Assembly (NCBI GenBank): GCA_951406725.2
Contig: OX597817.1
Location: forward strand, 165,168,001 to 165,232,000
Direction of reading: 5' to 3'
Source: Octopus vulgaris
Taxonomy: Eukaryota
DNA length: 64,000 nucleotides
The translations under genes were made by a program, and so were the position numbers. Every line of letters begins with the position of its first letter. Positions within the stretch are counted from its first letter, which is position 1. The notes beneath the pieces were generated by a model. The model had not been told where the DNA came from, ran no database searches, and saw nothing but the letters and a program-made list of their open reading frames with translations. Below, one piece after another: positions 49,288 through 62,131 of this stretch.

Positions 49288-49847
49288 ATATACATACACA
49301 CACACACACACATATAATCCCAACATTAAATCTTTACACTATTTCCACCATGATTACCCGATCAGATATGGTATTACCCTACTTGTAAAAGCAACCATCT
49401 CTAAACACATTACAAAGAAACAACGTTATGCAATAAACGGCACTAAACACATTCATACACATCCACATACACATTCACAAACCTACATACACATAGATAT
49501 GTCTGCAAACATGCACTTATACACACATGCATATACAATACATGGACACACATCTCTCGAACTTCCGGCTAATGAAATGACCATATATGGTGTGGATATA
49601 TTTGTATTAAGAGGAAGTAAGTATCAGTGATGCTATGTCATTTTCTGCATATTTAGGAAGAGTGAAATGATGTGTATGTATGCATATACATACATATGTT
49701 TATATATATATATATATATATATGTATGTAGGTGTGTATATGTATGTATACACTTATGCATGTGTGTATCCATGTATGCATGCATGCATGTATATGTGGA
49801 TGAACGTATGTGCATGTGTCTATATATGTGAGTGTGTGTTTGTATAC

Positions 49848-49899
<52 letters not shown>

Positions 49900-49925
<26 letters not shown>

Positions 49926-50036
49926 ATATATATATATGTATGAATATATATATATATATGTATATATATATGCATGTAAGTTGTATATGTATATATATAT
50001 ATGTATGTATGTATACACTCACACACAGATATATAC

Positions 50037-50092
<56 letters not shown>

Positions 50093-50197
50093 ATATATAT
50101 ATGTATGAATATATATATATATGTATATATATGCATGTAAGTTGTATATGTATATATATATATGTATGTATGTATACACTCACACACAGATATATAC

Positions 50198-50249
<52 letters not shown>

Positions 50250-50356
50250 ATATATATATATGTATGAATATATATATATATGTATATATATGCATGTAAG
50301 TTGTATATGTATATGTATATATGTATGTATGTACACACTCACACACAGATATATGC

Positions 50357-50390
<34 letters not shown>
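49900..50390. repeat. ~160-bp higher-order repeat (3 units) built from AT/ATGT microsatellites
   Basis: gcatgtaagttgtatatg...cactcacacacagatata recurs at ~49972, ~50133 and ~50292. Confidence 0.85.
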
Positions 50391-50393
<3 letters not shown>

Positions 50394-50988
50394 TGCAAAT
50401 ATGTATGTATGTTCATGTACATACGTACACAAAGAAAAAGAGAGAAGGGAAGAGAGAGAGAGAGAGAGAGATAGTTAAAGAAGAAAGAAATGGCAACATA
50501 GCAGAGACCGTACGATGCCAGTGAAGAGAACGTGATAGTGGTTGAACTCGTGATTATAAAGACCCCCTCTTGCATATCGCCCGGAACGGAGAGCTTATGT
50601 GACTTCATTTGATTTTCTGCTCGGACGACAAAGACACTAGGCAGCTGACACTTTGTAACTGTGGAAGCTGAGCCCGCTTTTAGCAAGAGAGATGAAGAGA
50701 GAGAGAGATAAAGATAAAGAGGAAAGGAGGGGGGAAGAGGAGGAGATATAATAAAGAAGTAATCGGTGGGGGGGGGAGGGAGGGAGAAAGTTTATTAGCA
50801 ACGTGGGAGGTGTCATGGAAGTGGAAGAAGCAGTGTGAGTTCCTGTATTAGGCTGGTAACATATCGCTCGTAACGTGTTCAGTTTACGACGTCTTCTTTC
50901 GTAGGAAAATGTACGTCGGTGATTATCAGAACTGCATCATTCATTTGATTACGTACTCTGTATACTATCGTCCATATATTTTCTTTTA

Positions 50989-51661
50989 TCTTTTACTTGT
51001 TTCGGTCATTAGACTGCGGTCATGCTGGGGCACCGTCTTGAAGAATTTTTCGTCGAATGAGTCGACCCCAGCACCTCATTTTTTTCTTTTTCTTTTTTTT
51101 TCTTTCTTTCTTTCTCTCTTTCCTGTTTTCTTTTTTTTTTTTGAGCATGGTGTGTATTTCATGAATCTCTCTGGCCGAACGGCCAAGTTACATGGACGTA
51201 AATAAACTAACACCGTTGTCGGCCGGTGGTGGTCAGACACAAAGACACATACACCCACAACACACACACACACGTATACGACGGGCTTCTTTCAATTACC
51301 GCCTTTCAAATCCACTCACAAGGCTTTGGTCAGTCCGAGATTTTAGTAGAATACGCTACCTCAAGATGCCATGTTTCTTAACAAACAACTACACCTGAGC
51401 CTATGTATACTTTTAATCTTATTTCACTGCCTTTTCCCTTTATTTTTCTTTAACTCTTTTCCACTTTTACTTGTTTCAGTCATTTGACTGTGGCCATGCT
51501 GGAGCACCGCTTTTAGTCGAGCAAATCGACCCCAGGACGTATTCTTTGTAAGCCTTGTACTTATTCTATCGGTTCTCTTTTACCGAACCGCTTAGTTACA
51601 GGGACGTAAACACACCAGCATCGGTTGTCAAGCGATGTTGGTTGGACAAACACACACACAA

Positions 51662-51732
<71 letters not shown>

Positions 51733-51825
51733 TACGACGGGCTTCTTTCAGTTTCCGTCTACCAAATCCACTCACAAGGCTTTGGTCGGCCCAAGGCTAT
51801 AGTAGAAAACACTTGCCCAAGATGT
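50989..51825 (-). mobile_element. Two tandem SINE family A copies (50989-51400 diverged; 51463-51825 5'-truncated)
   Basis: Family A tail and body motifs. Confidence 0.82.
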
Positions 51826-53532
51826 GTGATGTTATATATTGGCAAAAGTCAGTCTATGAATTTTACGTTTATATTGAAAGATTCCGTATTCTTTCCCTAT
51901 GAAAAAAGAAAATTGTCCGAAACGTTAATATCTTGCCATTTTTACTAAATATCTGTTTTATTTCTCGTAGTCCACATAGAAATGTCTCTGTTGGTCTTCA
52001 TAAACGCTAGTACTTGATGATATACTGGTTTCCTCTACCATTGATATGATCTCTAATAGTAGCGCACGAAGTATAGCATGTTTGCTTATTGACTCAGTTT
52101 TTGTGATGAAAAACTATTGCAGGCAGTGTAAAATGCAATATACTATACACGCGGTTTCTCTTTTGCCAATAAAAAAATTGGATGTTACAATGTCTAATTT
52201 GTGTGTGCATGTGTATGTGTGTGTATGTAGATATGTGTGTATGGTTGTGGTCATGAGAACTTTATAAATTTTGGAGTGAATGTGAAATAATTCTTGTTTT
52301 GGAACGTTAGATCTTTAAGCACAACACATTATACTAAAATAAAATCTAAAAATAATTAACATGTAAATATTGGGTTTGAAAATCTCTTTGGGATAATAAA
52401 AGTCGAAGTCTGCCCGTGGAACACGAACCCAGGAGATGTAGGTTTGTGTCCCACAGTCAACCTTCGACGGAATGACTTGCGAAAAAAGGTACCAGCGATA
52501 GATCGGGGCTTGTGGGGTCGGAGCGTGGCCTGATCATCGCTACATTTGTGTTGTCTCTATATTGTTAACTTCATTCGATTTTTTAATATTTTATTTAAAT
52601 GTTTAAAGTCATATTATATGTAAAATCATATCGCACTACTGATCCCATCAGTTGTTCTGTCCATTTCTATGTTTGGCCCCCGGTGGGCAATAAAAAAATT
52701 GGTATTACTTCTGGCCCTTTTCATTCTTAGTCCAGATCCATCCGAGTTCAAATTTGTCCTCATCTTCTCAGGTGTAATAAAAGAAAGTAATAGTCATGTA
52801 CGAAAGTTAATTTAATCGAAAGTTGAAACTACAGGTCTTATTGGCTGGCAGAATCGTTAGGGGCAGCTGACGAAATGCTTTGTGGCATTTGTTCCGGCTC
52901 GTTACGAGTTCAATTCCAACCAGTGTCAACTTAATATTTTATGAAAGGATTCGATAAAATAAGATATAAGTCAAGCACTGGGATCGAGGTAATCAATTAG
53001 CATTCTCTCCATAAATTTATTGGTCTTGTGCTAAAGTTTGAAATAATTACTAATATTTTTTACTCTTGTACTACTAAAATATCTACAAATTGTAGTCTAC
53101 ATTTATATTTTATCCTTTGGAGAAATTGATGCATTGAAACATTTGTAAAGTTGTAAGGTATTGATTATTAGAAAGATATACTCTATGATCATATGTATTG
53201 AGTACTTTATTATGTCGTAGCACTTGAAATTCTATCGCAGACTACATAGATGCCTACATAAAAATGCACACATATACATGTGCGTGCGTGTGTGTATGTG
53301 TATGTATATACATATACATATGTATATACACATATAAATACGTATGCACGTGTATACACACATATTTGCATACATGCAAACATACATGTTACTCACGTAT
53401 ATAGATACAAACATGTATGCATATATATGTGCGTGCGTGTGTATATGTATGCGTGTATGTATGTGTGTGTGCATTTGTGTGTGTATTTACCTATACGCAC
53501 ATACTTGCATATATATTTTTTTTTTCTCTTTT

Positions 53533-53925
53533 CTCTTTTACTTGTTTCAGTCATTTGACTGCGGCCATGCTGGAGCACCGCCTTTAATCGAGCAACTCGA
53601 CCCCGGGACTTATTCTTTGTAAGCCCAGCACTTATTCTATCGGTCTCTGTTTTGCCGAACCGCTAAGTGACGGGGACGTAAACACACCAGCATCGGTTGT
53701 CAAGCAATGCTAGGGGAACAAACACAGACACACAAACAAACACATATATATATATACATATATACGACAGGCTTCTTTCAGTTTCCGTCTACCAAATCCA
53801 CTCACAAGGCATTGGTCGGCCCGGGGCTATAGCAGAAGACACTTGCCCAAGATGCCACGCAGTGGGACTGAACCCGGAACCATGTGGTTGGTTAGCAAGC
53901 TACTTACCACACAGCCACTCCTGCG

Positions 53926-53928
<3 letters not shown>
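53533..53928 (-). mobile_element. SINE family A, full length
   Basis: Close match to 101-518 and 59633-60037. Confidence 0.9.
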
Positions 53929-53985
<57 letters not shown>

Positions 53986-54849
53986 TTTATGTACGCAAGC
54001 CCATTTATAGATTTGGAAAGCGAAGCATATGTGCTGTACAGGTCAAGTTAGCGTCACGAACATACCAGCAACAGGGGCCATTACACTTCTCATACGTCTT
54101 TGCTAATCAGTTACTTCAAAATTTCATGCCTACCATCATCTTACTGATTATTCACTCAACCGCTTTGACCGCATGTTTTCAGATTAATCTCCAGATCTAT
54201 TCTAGTTTCATACGGTTATCTCTTTATCTCGCTATTTATTTGATCGTATTTCGTCTGCAGCTAGTCAACCAGTCCCACAGTTGTCTCGTCCATGCTGACA
54301 TTCACACTGCAGTTGTGCTGGCTGTTGTACTGTTCTGTACGTTTTCCCTTTTATTTTTTTTCTTGAATATTTTACTTATATGATATTTCTGTAGTTCTAT
54401 GCTTCAGTGTAGTCGTCAAATCAAATATTACATGACCCAACCACCACATGTTTTTTGTCGGAATTTCAAACCTGGAATCAGATCAGTTCGTGCTAAACAA
54501 GAACATATACGTATACAAGAAGCCATGCACAGAGACAAGCAACCTCGTATACTGACACAACGACATTTTTTTTATCGCTCTTTCACTCTGATTCTAAATT
54601 TCATTCTTTCTATTTCTCTCACTACTTCATCTCTCTTTCTCTCTTGCTTTCTGCCTCTCGTTTATATACACATATATTTATGCATGCATGCGTGCATGTA
54701 TGTATGTATGTATGTATGTATGTATGTATGTATGTATGTATGTATGAATGAATGTATATATGTGTGCTTGTGTATTTAGAAATATAGAAAGCGCGAAATA
54801 TTGTATACTTAAATGAACTTTATTTATATACAAGTATACACGTGTACAT

Positions 54850-54911
<62 letters not shown>

Positions 54912-54926
54912 ATATATATACATATA

Positions 54927-55130
54927 TAGTTAATCTAAACATAAACAAAGAGAAAACACAACAACTCAAAGTACGTGGAACAAGTATAGTGTTATTGGCC
55001 GCTCAGGAAAGGAAAGAAAGAAGGAAGATTTAACGTTTTGAGCGGAGCTCTTCGTCAGAAACATAGGAAAAGGAAAGGTCCAAGGAAGGGAGACGGAGAA
55101 AGAAAATCACCAACGATACACACGCACTCC
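54927..55130 (-). mobile_element. P1 element with minimal HHR motif at 55028-55062
   Basis: GUUU-CUGACGA-A-GAGC-UCC-GCUC-AAAA-CG-UU-AAAU (canonical CUGANGA; G12A change); begins at an (AT)n tract like 5737. Confidence 0.7.
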
Positions 55131-55184
55131 CATATGTATGTATGTATGTATGTATGTATAATAATGCATATTCATACACATATA

Positions 55185-55843
55185 TGAGGGGAAGTCAAAA
55201 ATTATCCGTACTTTTGCCGTAACATATCTTCATTATTGTCACACTGCCTTCTGCGCATGCACTCTGATAGTTGGTAATATTTTAGTCATGTGATCGAAGT
55301 TTGAACCCTGGTCGCGCCATTTTTTCTTTCTGGCTTTACAATGTAAACATGGTCGCTCCACTTGCAATGTGCATTAAAGAAGAACAAAGAGCAGTAATCC
55401 GAGAAATGGTAATGGTGAACCTGTTCACCATTACCATCTCTCGAGCTTGCTGAATCTTCTAGTGAGTAGTGAAGATTTGACAGGCGTCGTGCTCTCTCTC
55501 TTCGTGCGTCACGCTTGTCCGGCCACTTTTAAACTTCTCGATCCACTCATACACACTTCCACATGATAGTGCACTGTTACTGTATTGTTATAAAAGCCTC
55601 CGATAAATTTCAGCACCTGACACATCTTCCGACCAGAGAAATCAGATCGCTACTCTTTGTTCTTCTTCGGTACACATTGCTAATGCTTACACTGTAAAAC
55701 CAGAAAGAAAAATGGCGCGATTAGGCACAAACTTCGATCACGTGCCCACAATAGTACCAACTGTAATCTTGCGTGCGCAGTAGGCAGTGTGACAATAAAT
55801 ATATATTATAGAGAAAGTGCGGATAATTTTTGACTTCCCATCG
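55185..55843. mobile_element. Foldback mariner derivative made of two inverted 5' ends
   Basis: TA-flanked TIRs (t/c)gaggggaagtcaaaaattatccg; both arms encode the transposase start (MCIKEEQRAVIR on +; MCTEEEQRVAI*FLWSEDVSGAEIYRRLL...SVYEWIEKFKSGRTSV on -); central hairpin at 55401-55442. Confidence 0.88.
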
Positions 55844-55940
<97 letters not shown>

Positions 55941-55943
55941 ATA

Positions 55944-55976
<33 letters not shown>

Positions 55977-55979
55977 ATA

Positions 55980-56049
<70 letters not shown>

Positions 56050-56145
56050 ACTAACTATCTATCTATCTATCTACACACACACATACACACACACACATAT
56101 ATATATATATATACATCCATACATTCATAAATACATATCTATATA

Positions 56146-56195
<50 letters not shown>

Positions 56196-56566
56196 CATAT
56201 ATATATATATACATATATATATACGTACATATATACATATATACATGCCTATATACATACATAGTACACACACACACACACACATAGGGATTTTCACGTC
56301 GAGATGGATGTTACATGACCAGTTGTGCAACTGATTAACCAACTCGTTTAAGTTACTGCATGAGTGGCTGAATATTCCGTACAAATGAAAATCAGCATGA
56401 CAGGTTAGGCATTTCAATTACAAGTACAACCCAGCTTTCACACGTTTCCTGTCAGTACATTTGATAACCCGAGGTTATCATCAAAAGATAACCACGCAAG
56501 ATGCCATGCAGTGGGATCGAAATCTGAGGCTTATGATTGAGAATTGAAGCTCTTAACCACCTACCT

Positions 56567-56913
56567 AAGCGCAGGAATGGCTGCGTAGTAAAAAGCTCGC
56601 TTTACAACCACGTGGTTTCGAGGTCAGTCCCAGTTCATGGCACCATGGACTAACGTTTTCTGCTATAGTTCCGGACACACAAATGAATGCTTTGTGAGTA
56701 AATTTGGTAGATAGAAACTGTGTGGCAGAAACGTAAGCACGCCGGGCGAAATGCTTAGTGGTATTCCGTCTGCCGTTACGTTCTGAGCTCAAATTCCGCC
56801 GAGGTAGACTTTGCCTTTCATCCTTTCGGGGTCTATTAAATAAGCACCAGTTACGCACTGGGATCGATGTAATCGACTTAATCCGTTTGTCTGTCCTTGT
56901 TTGTCCTCACTGT

Positions 56914-56952
<39 letters not shown>

Positions 56953-57667
56953 CTGTGTTTAGCCCCTTGTGGGTAGTAAAGAAATAGGTATTTCTTCTGC
57001 CGCTACGTTCTGAGTTCAAATTTCGCCAAGGTCGACTTTGCCTTTCACCCTTTCGAGGTCGATTAAATAAGTACCAGTTAGACACTGGGGTCGATATAAT
57101 CGACTTAATCCGTTTATCTGTCCTTGTTTGTCCTCACTGTGTTTAGCCCCTTGTGGGTAGTAAAGAAATAGGTATTTCGTCTGCCGCTACGTTCTGAGTT
57201 CAAATTTCGCTAAGGTCGACTTTGCCTTTCATCCTTTCGAGGTCGATTAAATAAGTACCAGTTAGACACTAAGGTCGATATAATCGACTTAATCCGTTTG
57301 TCTGTCCTTGTTTGTCCCCTCTGCGTGTAGCCCTTCGTGGGCAGTAAAGAAATAAGAAACTGTGTGGGAGCCCGTCGGATATAAACACACACACACACAC
57401 ACACACTATATATATATACACGTGTGCATGCGTGTGTGTGTGTGTATGTGTGTTTCTTTGTGTCTGTGTTTGTCTCTCGCCAGCGATCGACAACCGGTGT
57501 TGGTTTATTTACGTCTTTGTGAATTAGTTGTGTTTCGGTAATAGAAACCGAAAGAAATACAATCAACACCCGGAATAAATTCTGGGTGTTCATCTGTTCA
57601 ACTAAAACTCTTCAAGGTGGTGCTCCAGCGTAACCACGTTCCAATGACAAAAACAAGTAAAAGATAA
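56567..57667 (+). mobile_element. Old SINE A with a nested trimeric SINE B (56726-57354)
   Basis: 13-bp TSD agaaactgtgtgg at 56713-56725 and 57355-57367; (TAG)n expansion in the first B unit. Confidence 0.87.
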
Positions 57668-57998
57668 CAGATACTCAGATATACATACATACGCATACAC
57701 ACGCGCACACACACACATACACACTTAGTTACACACAAACACACTGACACAAATACGCACGCAATTGCACACACAAGTACACACGCGCGCGCCTTAGTAG
57801 AAACACACTCACATCTATATTTCATCTTTTGAAAGGTTAACCTCGTTTTTTTGTTGTATTTAAACAAACGTTCTTCTCTTTATTACAACATTTTATCTTC
57901 ATCATCGTCATCAACAAGCAGTCTCTTTATCGTAGATGTTTGTCATCATATGTTTCATTCTGCCTGTGTGTTTCTACTGGAACCCCCACCACTATCGC

Positions 57999-58310
57999 AA
58001 ACCACCACCACCACAACCACCACCACCACCGCCAGAACCACCACCACCACCACCACCACCACCAGCACCACCACCAGCACCACCACCAGCACCACCACCA
58101 GCACCACCACCACCACCACCACCGTCGCCGACACCACCACCACCACCACCACCACCACCACCACCACCACCGCCACCACCACCGCCGCCAGAACCACCAC
58201 CACCACCACCACCGCCAGAACCACCACCACCGCAACCACCACCAGAATCACCACCACCACCACCACCGTCAGAACCACCACCACCGCCGCCACCACCACC
58301 ACTACCACCA
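57999..58310. repeat. (CCA)n-rich trinucleotide array
   Basis: Seen directly; poly-P/T/H ORFs in all frames. Confidence 0.95.
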
Positions 58311-58562
58311 TTACCTTCTCTGTTGGATTGGTACATCAATAATGACTTCTGCAGACACATTGACATGGTATCTTTCAAGAATTAACAAGACCCAACCCAC
58401 TTTTGCAATGCCGAAGCAAGAACTAAATTGAGCAATTAACAAACAAATAAACTAATCCTCACAAAAAAAAAAACGAAATTATTTCAAAAATTATAAAATG
58501 TACACAGAAAGTACAAAAGAATGTAAATGATAAACATATTGTATGAAATATATGTAATATAT

Positions 58563-58948
58563 GGATGGAAGCACTCCGTCGGTTACGACGAGGAGGGTTC
58601 CGGTTGATCCGAATCAACGGAACAGCCTGCTCGTGAAATTAACGTGTAAGTGGCTGAGCACTCCACAGACACGTGCACCCTTAACGTAGTTCTCGGGGAT
58701 ATTCAGCGTGACACAGAGAGTGACAAGGCCGGCCCCTTTGAAATACAGGTACAACAGAAACAGGAAGTAAGAGTGAGAGAAAGTTGTGGTGAAAGAGTAC
58801 AGCAGGGATCACCACCATCCCTGCCGGAGCCTCGTGGTGCTTTAGGTGTTTTCGCTCAATAAACACTCACAACGCCCGGTCTGGGAATCGAAACCGTGAT
58901 CCTTTGACCGCGAGTCCACTGCCCTAACCACTGGGCCATTGCGTCTCC
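58563..58948 (-). mobile_element. SINE family D, full length, 11-bp TSD
   Basis: TSD atgtaatatat at 58552-58562 and 58949-58959. Confidence 0.92.
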
Positions 58949-59046
58949 ATGTAATATATATGCATGTGCGAGTATGTATGTGTAAATTTATCAGATAAAT
59001 CCACACACACACGCACACACGCACGCACGCATACACAAATATATAT

Positions 59047-59548
<502 letters not shown>

Positions 59549-59632
59549 TGAATATGTATATATATATTCATGTATATATATTGTATATATGTATGTATAT
59601 ATGTATGTGTGTGTATGTATGTTTTTTTTTAT

Positions 59633-60037
59633 ACTCTTTTATACTTGTTTCAGTCATTTGACTGCGGCCATGCTGGAGCACCGCCTTTAGTCGAGCAGAT
59701 CAACCCCGGGACTTATTCTTTTGTAAGCCCAGTACTTATTCTATCGGCCTCTTTTGCCGAATCGCTAAGTGACGAGGAAATAAACACACCAGCATCGGTT
59801 GTCAAGCAATGCTAGGGGGACAAACACAGACACACAAACATATACACACACATACACATATATATATACATATATACGACAGGCTTCTTTCAGTTTCCGT
59901 CTACCAAATCCACTCACAAGGCATTGGTCGACCCGGGGCTATAGCAGAAGACACTTGCCCAAGATGCCACGCAGTGGGACTGAACCCGGAACCATGTGGT
60001 TGGTAAGCAAGCTACTTACCACACAGCCACTCCTGCA
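59633..60037 (-). mobile_element. SINE family A, inverted relative to 59047-59548
   Basis: Full-length family A match. Confidence 0.9.
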
Positions 60038-60595
60038 CTTGCTATGAGGAAGCACAATTCTGTGGAGTTGGTAAACAGAATTTTCAATTCCGACTCCTCT
60101 ATCTGTTCATAGATTAACCCTTTCATTACCATATTTATTTTGAGATGTTCTGTGTTTCTTTCAATTACTTCAAATATAACGAAGAATTTAGTAAAATAAT
60201 TTAATTATTATTAAGCTAGTGTTAGGAACATTAATTGTGACTAAAGTTTGGTGGAAGCATATATTTATGTATGTGTGTGTGTGTGTATGTATATTGAGGT
60301 GCAGGTGTGGCTGTATGGTAAGACGTTTGTCTCCCAACAATATGGTTCGGGTTCAGTCCCGTTGCATGGTTCCTTGGTTAAGTGTTACTATTGCCTCGGA
60401 CCAAATAATGCTTTTTTGAGTGGATTTGGTATAGACAAACTAAAAGAAACACGACGTATAGATATATATCCATTTATATCTATATGTGTGTGTGTGTTTG
60501 TGTGTGCGTGTGTTTGTGTGTGCGTGCGTGTGTGTGTGCGTCTGTGTGCATATATATATATATTATATGTATACATATACATACATATATACATG

Positions 60596-60644
<49 letters not shown>

Positions 60645-60795
60645 ATAGTTATCGCCATACGAATATGGCATTCTTATAAAAATAAGAATAAAGCTGTCCG
60701 CTTATTAGCTCCATGAGGCCATCGTATGGCGATAACTATTATTTTCCAGGAACGCTGCCGTGTTCTCTTTTAGAGAGACTTAGTAATTTTAATAT

Positions 60796-60833
<38 letters not shown>

Positions 60834-60838
<5 letters not shown>

Positions 60839-61589
60839 AATCAAGGAACGGCCATAATAGGCCATTCACCCACTAGAAATAACAGCCAAAAGCTTTAACC
60901 GCAAAATAACATTAATACCGTAAACCAGGAGAAAATTGAAAAACTTTTACCCTGTAATTTCTTAGACGATGCACCGTTTCATCTACCGTTTAATGGTAAA
61001 CTAACCTGATTAAATTAAATCAAGCCAATCCACCATAGGCCCTTAGACTCATCAGTAAGAAATAGCCAAATCGGAACAGATATTTTTCACGAGGCATTCC
61101 TCTTGCTACCTCGGCAATATCTGACCTAAAATTTTCAAATCGTCGCACTCGCGCCAAATTTATCGGCAGCAAATAAATATAAGCCACCGATTCCTTTACG
61201 GAACTAACCAGAAAATTCATAATTAATCAATATAGGGTGGCAAAAAAATTTTGTAGAATTCTTTTGCCACCAGCGGCCTAGTAGGAAAAAATTAAATAGT
61301 CATAAACCATTTTTACGTTCAACATCACAATCAAGGAACGGCCATAATAGGCCATTCACCCACTAGAAATAACAGCCAAAAGCTTTAACCGCAAAATAAC
61401 ATTAATACCGTAAACCAGGAGAAAATTGAAAAACTTTTACCCTGTAATTTCTTAGACGATGCACCGTTTCATCTACCGTTTAATGGTAAACTAACCTGAT
61501 TAAATTAAATCAAGCCAATCCACCATAGGCCCTATGGTGGCAAAAGAATTCTACAAAATTTTTTTGCCACCCTATATTGATTAATTATG

Positions 61590-61590
<1 letters not shown>
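60834..61590 (-). mobile_element. 490-bp-unit partial tandem retroelement with HHR and terminal inversion (retrozyme or Penelope-pLTR-like)
   Basis: 60834-61043 equals 61324-61533 (210-bp direct repeat, offset 490); 61535-61590 is the reverse complement of 61217-61272; (AT)n on both sides; no ORF of note. Confidence 0.82.
60957..61063 (-). ncRNA. Type I hammerhead ribozyme with extended helix II
   Basis: AUUUCUUA-CUGAUGA-GUCUA[...]UAGAU-GAAA-CGGUGCAUCG-UC-UAAGAAAU: perfect core, 8-bp helix I, GUC cleavage triplet (cut between 60965 and 60964), 19-bp inner hairpin with 6 G-U pairs. Confidence 0.9.
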
Positions 61591-61626
<36 letters not shown>

Positions 61627-61689
61627 ACACACACACATATATATGTGTATATATATATATATATACATGTACATATATATTCTTTTATT

Positions 61690-62078
61690 CTTTTATTTGT
61701 TTCAGTCATTTCACTGCGGCCATGCTGGAGTACCGCCTTTAATCGACCAAATCGACCCCAGGGCTTATTCTTTGTAAGCCTACTACTTATTATATCGGTC
61801 TCTCTTGCCCAGCCGTTAAATTACGGTGGACAAAAACACATCAACATTGGTTGTCAAGTGATGTTGGGTGGTGGGGAAACACAGATACACAACATATAAA
61901 TATATAATATATATATAAGACAGGCTTCTTTCAGTTTACGTGTACCAAATCCACTCCCAATGCTTTAGTCGGCCCGGTGCTATAGTAGAAGACACTTACC
62001 CAAGGTACCACGCAATGGGACCGAACCTGGAACCGTGTGGTTGGTAAGCAAGCTACTTACCACAGAGTATATCCTGCG

Positions 62079-62081
<3 letters not shown>
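61690..62081 (-). mobile_element. SINE family A
   Basis: Full-length, moderately diverged. Confidence 0.87.

Positions 62082-62131
<50 letters not shown>

Noticed and set aside
53697-54383. 228-aa ORF with a hydrophobic C-terminus
   Set aside because: The first half is antisense SINE A plus (AT)n and the rest has no recognisable domain.
57851-58431. Proline-, histidine- or threonine-rich ORFs resembling extensin or mucin
   Set aside because: (CCA)n array open in nearly all frames; no splice or domain evidence.
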